From NCBI RefSeq assembly GCF_037042905.1, contig NC_087251.1:49477358-49541357 (forward strand): DNA of 64,000 bases. Direction: 5' to 3'. This DNA is from Lytechinus pictus. Its lineage: Eukaryota. The notes under the pieces were generated by a model. The model saw only the letters and a list, made by a program, of their open reading frames with translations, was not told the DNA's origin and ran no database searches. Made by a program: the position numbers and the translations under genes. Positions within the stretch are counted from its first letter, which is position 1. Each line of letters starts with the position of its first letter. Shown here one piece after another: positions 14,593-28,445 of this stretch.

Positions 14593-16430
14593 AACAAGTG
14601 GAGCGCCTCTGGCAGTCTCATCTGCATCGCGCAATTCAATATAGCAGCAGTGCTGACTTTGAAAACTACTCAAACTGTAAAATATTTATTCACAAAAAAC
14701 ACTATTCTTATAATGATACAATACTACGCTCATTGACAATAAATGACATTTGACTTGCTAGTGATACTTGATTACCCCTATATCCACATTTTATAAACTA
14801 CATGTATATCTCTAACTTTCGAAGTTACAACAGCAAGCTAATAATTACCTCCAAAATGGCCAAAGTTCAATGACCTTAAATGACCTTTGACTTTGATCAT
14901 GTGACCTGAAACTCACATGAGATGTTCAGTTATACTTGATTACTTTTATGTCCAAGTTTTATGAACTAGATCCATACAGTTTTCAGAGTTATGATGGTTA
15001 TTCAACAAATACCCCCAACATGGCCAAAGTCCATTGACCTTGGTCATGTGACCTGAAACTCGCACAGGATGTTCAGTGATACTTGATTACTCTTATGTCC
15101 AAGATTAATGAACTAGACCAATACACTTACAGAGTAATGATGGTATATTCAAATACCCCCAACATAGCCAAAGTTCATTGACTTAAATGAACTTTGACCT
15201 TAATCATGTGACCTGGAACTCGCACAGAATGTTCAGTGAAACTTGATTACTCCTATGTCCAATACCCCTTTCATAAACCCAATTATGCGGCTAATAGCAG
15301 CATAATTTGGTCGTAAAATCGGAGGAGGACCAGAGTTATCCGCATTATTTTGATGCTGCAATTATCCGCATAATAGCGGCATCGGGACCAGATTTTGACT
15401 TTATGAACGCATTTCCAAATAATGCGGATAATTGCCATGGTGCGGTCACAAGGTCACCCTTTTCCAACTCAACCGCATCGGAGGGGGCGTGTGCAGTTGT
15501 CATGACGATTATCCGCCTTTTTCAGGACGGGCGCTCGTAAAAATAGTGCGGATTATTTTCAGAGTTTGTGAACGCAATTTTTATTGAATTATCCGCATTA
15601 CTCTTAGGCGGCTAATTGGAGGACGGGTTTATGAAAGGGGTACAAGTTTCATGAATCAGATCCATAAACTTTTAAAGTTATGATGGTAATTCAACAAATG
15701 CCCCCAAATTGGCCAAAGTTTGTTTACCTTGATCATGTGACCTGAAACTTGCACAAGATGTTCAGTGATACTTGATTACTCTTATGTCCAAGTTTCGAAA
15801 ATCAGATCCATAAACTTTCAAAGTTATGATGGTAATTCAACAGATACCCCCAACTTGGCCGAAGTTCATTGACTCTAAATGACCTTTAACCTTGATCATG
15901 TGACTTGAAACTCAGGCAGGATGTTTAGTGATACTACATTACTCATATGTCCAAGTTTCATGAATCAGATCCATAAACTTTCAAAGTTATGATGGTAATT
16001 CAACAAATACCCCCAACTACGCCAAATTTCATTGACCTTAAATAATGTTGACCTTGATCATGTGACCTGAAACTCGCACAGGATGTTTGATGATACTTGA
16101 TTACTCTTATGTCCAAGTTTCGAAAATCAGATCCATAAACTTTCAAAGTTATGATGGTAATTCAACAGATACCCCCAACTTGGCCGAAGTTCATTGACCC
16201 TAAATGACCTTTAACCTTGGTCATGTGACTTGAAACTCAGGCAGGATGTTCAGTAATACTTGATTAACCTTATGTCCAAGTTTCATGAACTAGGTCCATA
16301 TACTTTCTATTTTAAAGTAATGCTGTCATTTCAAAAACTTAACCTTCGATTAAGATTTGGTGTTGACGCCGCCGCTGCTGTCGGAAAAGCGGCGCCTATA
16401 GTCTCACTCTGCTTCGCAGGTGAGACAATA
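14593..16430 (+). mobile_element. Helentron/HINE (Tsp/pearl-like) element with an internal ~146-163-bp tandem array
   Basis: Starts AACAAG; subterminal gtctcatctgc and terminal hairpin gtctcactctgcttcgcaggtgagac; about 8 units sharing acttgattactcttatgtccaag; (GCC)n near the 3' end. Confidence 0.75.
15263..15642. mobile_element. MITE with 3-bp TSD (CAA) inserted in the Tsp-like array
   Basis: CAA|TACCCCTTTCATAAACCC...GGGTTTATGAAAGGGGTA|CAA. Confidence 0.85.
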
Positions 16431-19400
16431 ATGAATCTAATTACACCCCTGTACAAAAGTCAATGGAGCAACAGCAGTCAGGCATCATTTCGTTTAAAAT
16501 CATTTATGAAATCTGTAATACCAACTGAAATATTAAGAACTGTATATCAAATGAAAGCACATTATCTCATCTCTCAGAAAAAAAGGAAATAAGTCATGAT
16601 CAATGAAGCATTGCATGCTACGCTTCAATAATCACAGCAAGGTCTGAAAATATGCATTGTAACATGTAAAAATTCATAATCATTCATGCATGACTGATCA
16701 CTATTTGGAAGTAGATGCAAAACAAAGGCCATACTTTCTTTTCCATTTTTATATTCTTTTTGACAGGAAACGAAATATGAACAATTAATCCAATTACAAA
16801 AGTTAATGACGCAAAAGCAGTCAAGACATCAATTTGTTTAAAATTGTTCATGAAATCCGTACAGCCGACTGAAATATTAAGAATTGTATATCAAATGAAA
16901 GTATATAATCTCATCTCTCGGTGCGCTATGCTTCAATAAACACAGCAAGGTCTGAAAATATGCATTATTGCATTTCATAATCGTTCATGCGTGACCAATC
17001 ACAAAATTCAACTAGGTGCAAAATAATTGCTATACTTCCCTCTTCATATAATACATATAATTAATCATATTTTATGATTGCCAACTTAGGAATTTCTTGG
17101 TTCCAACATAGTTTCTCTTCTCATTTTGCATTGCTGTATGAAAGTGTACAAATAATTCTTGTAGACACTGTATATTGTAGTTGTACATGTATTGTAAATG
17201 TAAAGTTTTCAATAAAAATGTACTTGTACTCAACCTCATGGACTTTGCTTTACGACGTTTTTTTTGTGTGCAATATACATTGTATCTTGGTATCAATCAG
17301 TATCGCACACATTAAACTGATGCTTTATTTGCTTCAAGCATTCAAAATATGCTGGATACTGAAAAATGCAATAAAAACCATCATTAATTCTAACCCAATT
17401 TTAATATCCAAGATTGTTTTCAATGAGTCCTACCCAAACTACATGTACATCCTTGGGTATTTGGGTTGTCATGATCTTGGAGTCTGTTACACCAAAAAAA
17501 AAAAAAAAAATCTGCCTGAGTACGATGAGAAGCAATTAGAACAAAATTCTCAAATGTGCTCAACGTAAATATGTTCAAAATCTTCACTCTCTTTAATTTA
17601 ATACATGATACATATGGATCTTCCATCAATTTCACTTTCAGAATAACTTGAACTGAAGCTACATGTACATGTAGACATGCCAGATATTGCCAATGTGTAA
17701 AAACTTGTCTTGATCTGACCAAAAAGGTTTTACCTCTATAATGTGTAACATTTTGAACTTTGAACCAACCATTTCTTCATTCTTACATAATTTCTGATCA
17801 TTTAATTGTTGGAACTTGGGATGTCAATAGTGGAAACTTTTAAATCATTAAAATACTTGCTACTTCATTTAAGATTACAGTGACACTGTATGAACACAGC
17901 TATCCAACAACGTTCACCATTATACTTTACTTCGGCTATTTGTCAGAAAATGCCTTAGAACATTCTTCTTTTATCAGCTGTGCACTACACAGTTTACACA
18001 ATGGCATCATAAACGACTTATTGAAATTCTTGGAATATGTAAGGCGTACTGTTTCACTTTGATTAAACAGGGCTGTCAATTGTGTTCCAAGAGTAAAGGA
18101 TATGTCACCTGACAAGGAAGATCATACATGGGACTACAAAGTTCAAACTGTGAATAACTGAATACAGGTATTTTCTTAAGAAGACATGTTTATAATAAGC
18201 AATGATCATCACAAATGAATGATTTTTTTTAATCTGAGCACGTGAAGTAATTACTGATTTTCATTTGTTTCTCTATGATCTTTGCATCATATTCATAAGA
18301 GTTACAGTATTACAAAAAAAGATGCTTCAATATTGCATTTTTTGTAAACTTTCGCCTTCTAAAAGCCCCTTTTTCAGTGTTTAAAGTAGCAAAATGTTTA
18401 TTGATCTGATTGTCAAATTATCCACATTGAATATCAAAGATAAATACCAGTTGTTGTAATGATCTCAAAATAAGTTTGAACAGAATCCAATAAAATGACC
18501 ATGTAACCAAATGTTTGTACACTACAGGTATGTATACACAAAAAATATGCGCCAAATGGCTCTGGAAGAAAATGTGTAATTGCTAAGAAATTAACAAAAT
18601 AAGCACATAATTCCCTAATATGTTGGGTATATTTCCAAACAATATCGATACACTGTCCCAAATATGCCTTTGTTAGTGATCATCAGAATTTGGTTTTCAG
18701 CTAGGATTTCACGATTTCACAAAGATAAGTTTATTTCAATGTATCAGAACTAGATCTACGATAACATGGTGGTAATTAACCTTGATTTCAAAGACTTTTT
18801 TATAAAATAATTGTTTGCTGCAACTACTTTCTTTTACCTTTAAGATACAAGAGTGAAATCATCTCATATTTCATTCATGACTTATAAAAAAATTCAATGA
18901 ATTTCTGAGTAAGCAGTCAATTGGTTTGGGCCTGCCTGCCTTCCTAGTTTGCAATATGCATGGCGATATGGTCAGTGCATGTGCGCCTCGTGCAGCTAAC
19001 AATATTTAATTCATGAGGTAAATGCAATGAAATTATTTTATCTGTTCTTTCAATGCCCATTCACAATTGTGAAGGCTTATACATGTAGGAGGTTCATCCC
19101 CCCCCCCCCCCCCCCCCCGCATTATTTTCCCTTTATTTTGAGCAGAAAACTTAACAGAATCTTAATTTTCCCTATTCTTGTTCAATTAGCAAGCTAAATA
19201 TCACAAAACTGAACTGAGTTTGATAATATTTTAGATCTACCAAAACAATACTAGTACTTGGCCTTTAAAATAAAAGTGGTCCCTCCAAGTCTTGCAACAT
19301 TACCCCCTTAAGATATTTATAAATTTTGTCCAAAACTGAGAGAATCACAAAAGGGTGCGGACACAAAGTTTGACAAACAGTAGCCGGATGACCATTACCC

Positions 19401-22400
19401 TGCATAAAGTATAATGATCAATGATGTGTAAACAGATGTGAGGAATTTCTCCTTCTGCAAGTCATGTGTTTGATCAAGACAAACTACTTTGACATTTGCA
19501 GGTGCTCAAGAAAAGGTGATACTTATTTAAAGGCATGAGTACTCCAAAACTCCAAACTTCGACTAAAAAACAAAACTGCTAGATTATCTCATATTCTACT
19601 TAGGATTTATTAAGAGTTTCAATGTATTTTTGAATTTTTTAAGTTCAATAATGTTAACAAACAATTTTGACTAAAGGGAAATTGACCACTGCCTTCTTGG
19701 CAAGTGTTTTAAAGCATTCAGGACATTTCAGGGGCAAAGAGATCTTGCGCTGGTTTTACATGAAAATGTGATTGATTTCCTTAGTCCTGTTGAGAGCTGA
19801 GAACCGTTTCATGAAACAAAGTGATTTTTACTGACAACTGTTATAACCTACTGAAATCCTTGCATCTGATTGGCTCAGAGCAGATAACTGACAATGTGCT
19901 TCTTGAAACACTACCCAGATCCAACAACATACTTCCACATGTCATTTTTGCTCAAGAGCATTGAGAGTGGAGGGGGAGGGGAGGCAAACCCAAATTGAAA
20001 ATAATTATTTTACCATTAAAGCCACTGTCCTATATGACAGTGATGAATGGAACAACACACAGACCCAAAGCACAGCATCATCAGGAGGACAAACACTCCC
20101 AAATTTGGACTGCTGATTCTCTGAGAGAGGAGACAAACAATGAACTCTTAACAATGCTAGACTCCTTCTCCTTTCACAAAAGAGCTACGCGGGAGAGTGT
20201 CAACGACAGCGGAGTGAGAAAGAGGCGTTGGACTTTGAACGTTGCTTCATAGTACCTTGATATTGTTAAACAAAAAAGTGCTCAGATTCAAATGCAAAAA
20301 GTAATGAGAGGCCAAGGCCTGTATACAGCACTGAAAATGGCTTTCTTGCAATAAAGACAAATACTGGTACTAGGCTAACTAGTGCACAATATTTGGCCAC
20401 AATGGGTAATTGGGTTAATATGGATTGATCACTCGTTTCTTTCTTTTTTCTTTGAAATAAGTGTTACAATTAGTCGGGTAGATATGACCAAAATGATTGC
20501 ATGACCGTCAAGTTGGGTATGACTGCGATTTTTTTGCTGGAAGTTGTAGTATGAGGTGTCTACTTCAATAATCCGACGGGTGCCACATGGGCACCCTTGG
20601 GAATTTTTCTTTTTTGACATCACAGGCCACGCCCACTTTTTCACATTCCTCTTAAATATTAATTTCATATTTTAAGGAATAAATGTCATATTTGGTATCA
20701 AATTAAAGCTAATGAAAAATCAAATGTATATCTATGGATCACTGGACATTTAATTCAAGCATTGGTCAGTTAAAGGTCATTTAAGGTCAACGTTCTTGCT
20801 ACCACGCATCACGGTTGGCGGGCGCCGGCTTTCCTGAAAATTTTCAGGGCAAATCCGCCAACCGTGAACTTCCCCTACAACCGTGGCCGACAACTGTAAA
20901 ACAGGCCTAGATCTACACAAAAAACTGAATAATATATATTTTTTTAAATTTGCTTTTCAGATCCTAAAATCAACTTGTTGATTATTTCTTTCCGGGATTT
21001 CTTTGACTCACTCAGAGCATGGACCTACCACTCTATATACAATACGACCTCGACACGAGGCCCAATCTCTTTTGTAGGAAGCGCGAAGATGTTTACCTCA
21101 CATTTGCGTATCACATTGCTCACATTATTTACGTCTTTAAAATGGTAGTAAATACGCTCAAAAATAAAGTGAGGAGAGAGGGGTACCGTGGGTTACTGGG
21201 TTGGGCAATGTAATTTAGATGTTACGAATTTTAGTTGATATTGTCACTTATTTTGTCAAATGTAAAGTGTGTCAAAAATAATATCAAACTTCGATCGAAA
21301 TTTAATTTCATCTAGTCTCAGCCTTAGCTATATCTACGGTACATGAATTCTTTGAATGCTTTTCTGATGAAACTGCCGTAGAGCGAATTGAGAAAATTAT
21401 TCAAAGATCACGTTAATAATGACAAAGCCAAAGGAATGGATTGATATAATGTCCAACTCATTTACTTACAGCAAAATGATAAATTCACATTTATATTCCG
21501 ATTTTACTCCATAATTTCCAAAGTCTTGATCCCTACATCCATCTTTTGAAAGTGTCGATTAATTTCGCGACAGTGTGTCTACCAAGTTCTGTGTCACTGC
21601 ACTCGCGCTCACCACGGCCACATACAGAATACAAATTGCACAAGGCATCAAAATCCTTGATCCAGGATCCGATAGTCTTCCAAAATTAGATGGGATCCAA
21701 AACTAATTTAATTTGAAAGTTTTATTTTATTTTCAGATATTCATTGAATCTGTTATAAATTTCATAAGTAATAATTTTTATTAATATTATTCACACTTTT
21801 TATCATATTACGACTCATTTTTGAATGATAGTTATGTATACGTAAAGTGTATTTTCATTTGTATTGTTCTTTGCCTGCCAATTAAATAGTGAACGCACCT
21901 GTCACGGTCCTGAGAAATGTTTTTAGTCATAACAGTGAATACTTTATGAATTTGTTGTACAATTGCTGAACTACGATTTAAAATAAAATATTATTCGAAA
22001 TTAATTTGTGTAAAGGAGAAAGAGAATGATGGGGGGGGGGGTGGTCGTATGTGGGCAATGTAATTGAAAATGATGGGATGTTTGTGACTTTGTGGGGGAA
22101 GGGATTGGCGAAAAAGAAGTCAATGTTCGGAGCGAATGACATTAATATTCATTTATGGATGTGTCTACTACTGCATATTCGTTATGGCGATTGGAAAATC
22201 CCCCTTGGGTCGGGAGGGGTACGTGATTCAATAGATTTCGATAGAAGTACACATTCAACAAAGTGGAATTGACAATTCATTCACAGATATTCATTTCAAG
22301 TACGAATTATTGAAGTTGATATGTGTTAACGTTTTAGAGGATATGTATTTCGTTTGTTCACGCCCACATGAGTTGCTAGTATAATTTTAATATCGTTGGA

Positions 22401-22781
22401 TGAATTTTCAATTTCACTTATGTCTTTATATGTTTTATATCGGAATTGTGCTTTTTCAAGTTATCTTTACAATGTTGTTAGCCTAATTACAGCGAATGGA
22501 TGATATTTATCAAATGAGTTGGAATGTGAACGAGATGCCCCAAAGCCGATGGCATGTGATCGAAATAGTATTCACTTTCTGGGTTGAGCCAATCATTGTG
22601 CTTGTAAACGGGTTTCCCCCGAATTCACGCCCTTGGAATGTGTGCCACGTGCGTGACCTGTTAACCTCCACTATAGCCCTTTACATCATAAACTAATAGA
22701 GTAAGAAGTTTATAGGTCAAAAGATTCTAAAGAATGATTTGTTAAGATGAGCCAAGCGATTCACAATGAAAAAAGCGTTGT

Positions 22782-23092
22782 GGAGCGTTGTGGCCCAGTG
22801 GATTAGTCTCCGGACTTTGAAACAGAGGGTTGTGGGTTCGAATCCCAGCCATGGCGTAATTTCCTTCGGCAAGAAATTTATCCACATTGTGCTGCACTCA
22901 ACCCAGGTGAGGTGAATGGGTACCTGGCAGGAATTTATTCCTTGAAATGCGTGTGCGCTGTAATCTTAGTAATTACGGCTGCCAAGCTACAGCTGGGGTA
23001 ATAATATCCAAGTCCTTTGGAAGCGCATAGAGACATTATTCATAATCGTGATATGCGCTATACAAGAACTGTTTATTATTATTATTATTATT
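22782..23092 (+). mobile_element. tRNA-derived SINE
   Basis: A box TGGCCCAGTGG, B box GGTTCGAATCCC, tRNA-like head with CTTTGAA loop, a body, and an (ATT)n tail. No T-run Pol III terminator directly after the tRNA-like head. Confidence 0.85.
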
Positions 23093-25873
23093 AAAAAAAC
23101 AACAACCTGAAAACATAATGCCCCAAGCAAAAAGCTATGTACAGTGAAGGGGGGGGGGTGACATAAAAGCACTTGTAGGTTGCCTCAAAGACCAAAAGAC
23201 ATATTACATGTAAAATATTTGGGGGAGGGGAGGGGGTTGGTCTGGAGCAAGCTAAAGTTCTATGAGCTGAAATAATAGCTTCATGTAGAGCAAGAGCCCT
23301 ATTATTGCCTCCATTTGAACAACCATCTTACTAGTGCATCAATGCAGTAGACATGGGGTCATGACCCCCATGTCATTGGTATACAAAAGATGAAATTTGC
23401 AGAACAGGTTCTTCCATGGCACACAATATACAATGCTACCTACAATTAAGCACCGTGGGAAAGAACAAAATAACATGTGTAAATGTGCATGATTCATGTA
23501 TGTATTTCATAATATTTCATTGTGCATAACTGTACATTACACTGTACTGTATATACATTTATATCACATCTTTATCTTCATAACTATGAATATATAGGTA
23601 ATATGACTTTGATATCTTGGAAATTGTAATGTACATATTAAAACGTCAATATATGTAATTATGTATGGTGGCCTGGGGGCCAATTAATAAAGCTGTAAGT
23701 TACAGGACTTTATGAACAACTGGTGACCCTACCTTGTGCTAAATGATCTACCCTATGTAGAACTAGAAGAACATGTTCCAGTTGAGCGTAAAGTCATGCA
23801 AAACTTTATGAAAAAGCTTTGTGAAACACTACACTGGACCAAATGATACACTACTGTGCAGTTTAAATTCAAGCAAGGTACTTGAGAAATCCTGTGCAAA
23901 ATCATCTTTCCATAGCTCAATTTTGTTAATTTAAGCTTTGAAATTTGATATTAGGCCTAATTTTTTAATTAAAAAATTCTTGATCAGTTTCAATTTTTCA
24001 TTTATTTTGTTATAAGTCAAGTGCACTGGTTCCCAATCGGAGCGAGAACATTGGGGCTCATTTTACATAAAAGACCATGATGACCCACAACTACTATGTT
24101 AATCATGAGACACAAATAAAAAACTTGAACGTAAAGATACCTTTATATTATTGCAAGAGAATAAACGAGTGGAGGGAATTCGAGTACTACAATAGGACCC
24201 AACAGATAGATCTATCTATCTTTGCAAAAATTACCAAGATCATCCAATACTACAAAGCATCATGAGAAAAAAAAATTAAACTCTGACGAAAAATTAAATA
24301 TCAACTACTTTTGCTACGAAAACACAAACAAGTTGGTAATTACAGCAATGCATTAGAACCTGGCAGACAGATCAATTCAAATTCAGTGAAAAGGGTTTGT
24401 CTCAAATTGCTGTCATCTATCTTTGAATCGACATTGCAACCAGTGAAATTGTTCTATCACATGGAAAAATTTAATTGAGTTTATTCATCGAGTGCATTTA
24501 CGTGGAAAGTAAATAGATTGTGTAGTGGGCCAAAATACAATTCTTACTGTAGAACGAGTCACAATTGAATTACTGCATACAAATAAAGATTTCACTGTTA
24601 CTTGTATGCTGTTTAGCAAGGAATGGTAGAGGGAAACCATCACATAGCATTACAGGGATGAAGATATAATAAATAGAGTCAAGTTCAAGAACAATATGCT
24701 GAAAATTTGATCAAGATCAGATAACAATTAACAAAGTTATTGAATTTTAAAGATTTGCATTTTATTCCGGTGAAGCAGTTTGAGGCATGTCTTCATGAGT
24801 ATTCATTAGGTGGGCTGATAATGTCATATCCCAATTGTTCTTTTGTAATACATATGTATTTTATTATATGAAATTAGGTTTATTCTAAATTTTTGACCAA
24901 GAAGTGAACAAATGAATTGACAACTGATTATAAAGTGAATTAGTTATTTATTGTTGCAACTCATTTCATCTTTATGGAGACACATCTTTTACAAATGTAT
25001 GAATAAATGAAACAATTATGATTTGAAATTCAATAACTTTATTTTTTATCAAATTTTGATGAAATTTTCAGCACTTTGCTCTGTGAATTTTACTATATTT
25101 ATTCAGATATAAATATTCTCAGCCCAGAGCATCCCTTTTGGGCAAGACTGTTCACTGGGGGGGGGGGGGAGCCAGACATAAAGCTTCTCATCATTCAAAT
25201 GGGAAATGGGAAGTTCACCCTGACAAAGTTTTTGTAAAAATAGCAGAAAAAAAAATATATTGGTTAAGGTTTGAGGATAATCCTTCAAAGATTAACAAAG
25301 TCATAAGAATTTTAATTATTTTTTTTAAATAAAAAGCAATCTTTTCAGGTTCCCCCCAAGATTACGATTGGCTGGCAATTTGGGGGACTTTATCTCTAGA
25401 TCACAAGCCAAGTCAACCGAGGTTTCTACTTTAAATGCAAAGTAGAGGACTGTTTTTTAAATTGGACCACTCAATCACAGGTGAAGACGCACCTTGGTAT
25501 TTGCTAAAATTAATTTATCCCTAACATTACAATTTTGAAACACCGACCCCAACTCACATTCGAACTTAGGGTTTTCAAAACTCATAGTAAAGGGAAAGAG
25601 GTGGTATCACATTTCTTGGTACATATCTTTCAGACTGACTCGAAAACTGAGAAAACAGTGATCAGGGAATTTACTACCATGATCACAAAATACCAGTTGA
25701 AAGCAAATGACCATACTCGGGAACCACTGTGCCCGTCTGCTATTTAGACCCCAGTGGGCCTGCTCGTCACTTATCCAGGCACATGAATCTGAATTGGATG
25801 GGTTTAAATTCAGGGAAAATAATTATCAGACAGTTTGATGCCTGAGCAAAGGTATTTTGGTGATCTAGTCGTT

Positions 25874-26358
25874 AGGCGGTTTCAAACCGCCTCGATCGCC
25901 TCGATCACAAGAATCCCCATTAAATTACGAGAACATTTTTAGGCTAAAAAATACCCATTAATTATTCCTGCATTCACACCGCCCCGAAACATACCCTTCG
26001 GGATAAATTCCTGAAGTTAGGAGCATGCGCAGTATGGTCTAATAAGCAGGCAAGGCGCGAGATTCAAAACCACTAGCCCAGCAGCCACCCACGGCCCCCG
26101 CGCCCAACGACACGCTGGGCTAAAAGTTCCCGTAAATTGCTTTCACATTGCCAAAATACCTGCGACCTTGGAAAAATCCCCGCGAAAGTTCTCGTAATTT
26201 CGCCAAGTACCTACTATTTAGCGGATATTTTCTTTCAGGGAAATTACGCGTAGTTTGCTTTCACATTACCAAAATACCTGGTATTTTCTGATCGGGGTAA
26301 ATTTCCCGATCAGAGAATACCTGGAACTGACGAACTTCGAGGCGGTCTGAAACCACCT
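25874..26358. mobile_element. MITE, same family as 2503-3043
   Basis: aggcggtttcaaaccgcc...ggcggtctgaaaccacct, flanked by TT/AA. Confidence 0.75.
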
Positions 26359-27102
26359 AATGTGAACAAATTACCCCTGTTTCTTGGTTGAATCCAAAGA
26401 GATTTCCACACAATTGTAATTGGGCATGGGGCTTAAACTGTTAATCTTAAATACCCCTCTTGTTCAGGATATTTTATGGCTTGGGTCTATTGTCCTGATT
26501 TAAATCCCTGCATTACTTATGTAACATTCAGATATTTTGAATAGACTATCATAGAATGGACATATATTTCTAATGGCAGGAAGGTTTCAATATGATTCCA
26601 GTAATCACGCTACAATCTAATTTCAGGTAACATTCACTTCAAATGCACTGAGATTGGATCTCCAATATCTCAAGGCCCTATTTTCTGATTATTCAAAGTA
26701 GAACTACATATATTCTGACTCTTTTGATTGAATAATTCATTTAAAGGGATGATCTGGGCTGGAAATAATATGATTTAAACAGATAAAGAAAAATCGGGCA
26801 ATCAAAACACTGAAAATTTGATCAATATCGGACAAGGAATAAGAAAGTTATGGCACTTTAAAGATATGCATTTTTCGTGTGAAACGGCTCTAGGCATGTC
26901 TTCATGAATATTCAATGAGAAAATTGATGATGGCATATCCCCACTTCTTCTTTTGTATTTTATTATATGATATTGGGTTTATTCAAATTTTTTCTAAAAA
27001 GAACTGAAAAAATAGGATTGACAACTGATTTTGTGCATTAGATATTGATTCATTGATGCAACTTATTTCATTATAAAGGACTAATTTTTCACACATGTAT
27101 GA

Positions 27103-27310
27103 AACAAGTGGAATGCCTCTGGCAGTCTCACCTGCATCATGCGATTCAATATAGCAGCAGTGCTGACTTTGAAAACTACTGTAAAATAATTATTCACAAT
27201 AAACACAATTCATATGATGATACAATACTACGTTCATTGACATTTGACCTTGATCATGTGACCTAAAACTTGTCAGTGATACTTGATCACCCCTATATCC
27301 ACATTTTATA
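27103..27310 (+). mobile_element. 5' fragment of the same Tsp/HINE-like family
   Basis: Near identity to 14593-14800 (aacaagtgg...ctctggcagtctca...gtgctgactttgaaaactact). Confidence 0.75.
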
Positions 27311-27600
27311 CGGTTACACTTCATAATTCCGAAGATTCGTTATTCTGAAGGTTCGTAATTTTGAAACACATAAATTGTCTATACCTCGATGTTCGTTATT
27401 CTAAAAACTAAAAAGGGTTCGTTAATCCGAACATTTGTGGCGTTGTTCCGAAGGTTCGTCTGTCCGAAAATGAAATAAGGTTCGTAATTCCGAAGGTTCG
27501 TTAGTCCGAAAACGAAATGAGGTTCGTAATTCCGAAGGTTCGCTAGTCCGCAAACGAAATGAGATTCGTTCATCCAAAAATGCAATAAGGTTCGTTTGAA
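27311..27600 (+). repeat. ~40-bp tandem repeat, probably the end of another repeat-array DNA element
   Basis: Units like ggttcgtaattccgaaggttcgttagtccgaaaacgaaatga. Confidence 0.75.
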
Positions 27601-27947
27601 GTACTTATTCTATTCATGTATTACATGAAGTTCTCAAAATATTCCTTTTCAAGTCTGATCGTCAAAACTTATCAGCTGGCACTGCGTGCTTGCATTTTCA
27701 TTAGTATGTACAGTATAAGCCTACTTCTATATTTGAATTCAGACAAACTACTTAAATCCCTCTTTATGACAATTTATCAAAAGTTTCAGCTTGCACTTCG
27801 CGCTCAAAGTAATTAGTTAGTTCCATACGCGTCTTGTTCATAATCACAAACATTGCTCAGAATGTTCAACTTTTAGGACAACATTTTCTGAACATTCTAT
27901 GAAATTTAGTTCACTTCTTGCATTCGCATTATTTCAATTTATTTATA

Positions 27948-28445
27948 CAGTGCGTCCCAGAAAAACGAAACCGAGATTAAGCGATGATCTATCATAACTT
28001 AATCACAAATACAATAGACAAATGACCTACCATTGTAAAGCTTAGAATCTCCTCTTTCATCTGAAATTACTTAGATTGTTTCTCCTTCACGCATTAGTGA
28101 GCAAAAACTATTTGAAGAGGGGATACCAAAAAGTCATTTGGCGGGCTGTATCTGGGTTTTAAAAAGAAAGTCACACTTTTAGAAAGTTCAATATCTGCTC
28201 TTTAATTTGATACCTCAATTACAGAAAATGGTCAAGAAATAACAAAGTTCTGGTTATTTGAAATAAGGCTTGAATTTCAAATTGTTTTTGCTCACTCATG
28301 CGTGAATGAGGAATAATCTAATTAATATCAGATGAAAGAGGAGATTCTAAGCTTTACATTGGTGGGTCATTTGCCTATTGTATTTGTGATTAAGTTATGA
28401 TAAATCATCGCTTAATCTCGGTTTCGTTTTTTCTGGGACGCACTG
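27948..28445. mobile_element. Tc1/mariner-type palindromic MITE
   Basis: TA|CAGTGCGTCCCAGAAAAA...TTTTTCTGGGACGCACTG|TA, with ~160-bp arms. Confidence 0.85.

Noticed and set aside
20470..22700. Possible large DNA-transposon remnant starting TAGTCGGG
   Set aside because: No matching right TIR, TSD or coding remnant could be identified by eye.
22782..22855. Possible tRNA-Gln(TTG) gene
   Set aside because: Acceptor and anticodon stems pair poorly, and it continues into a SINE body and (ATT)n tail.
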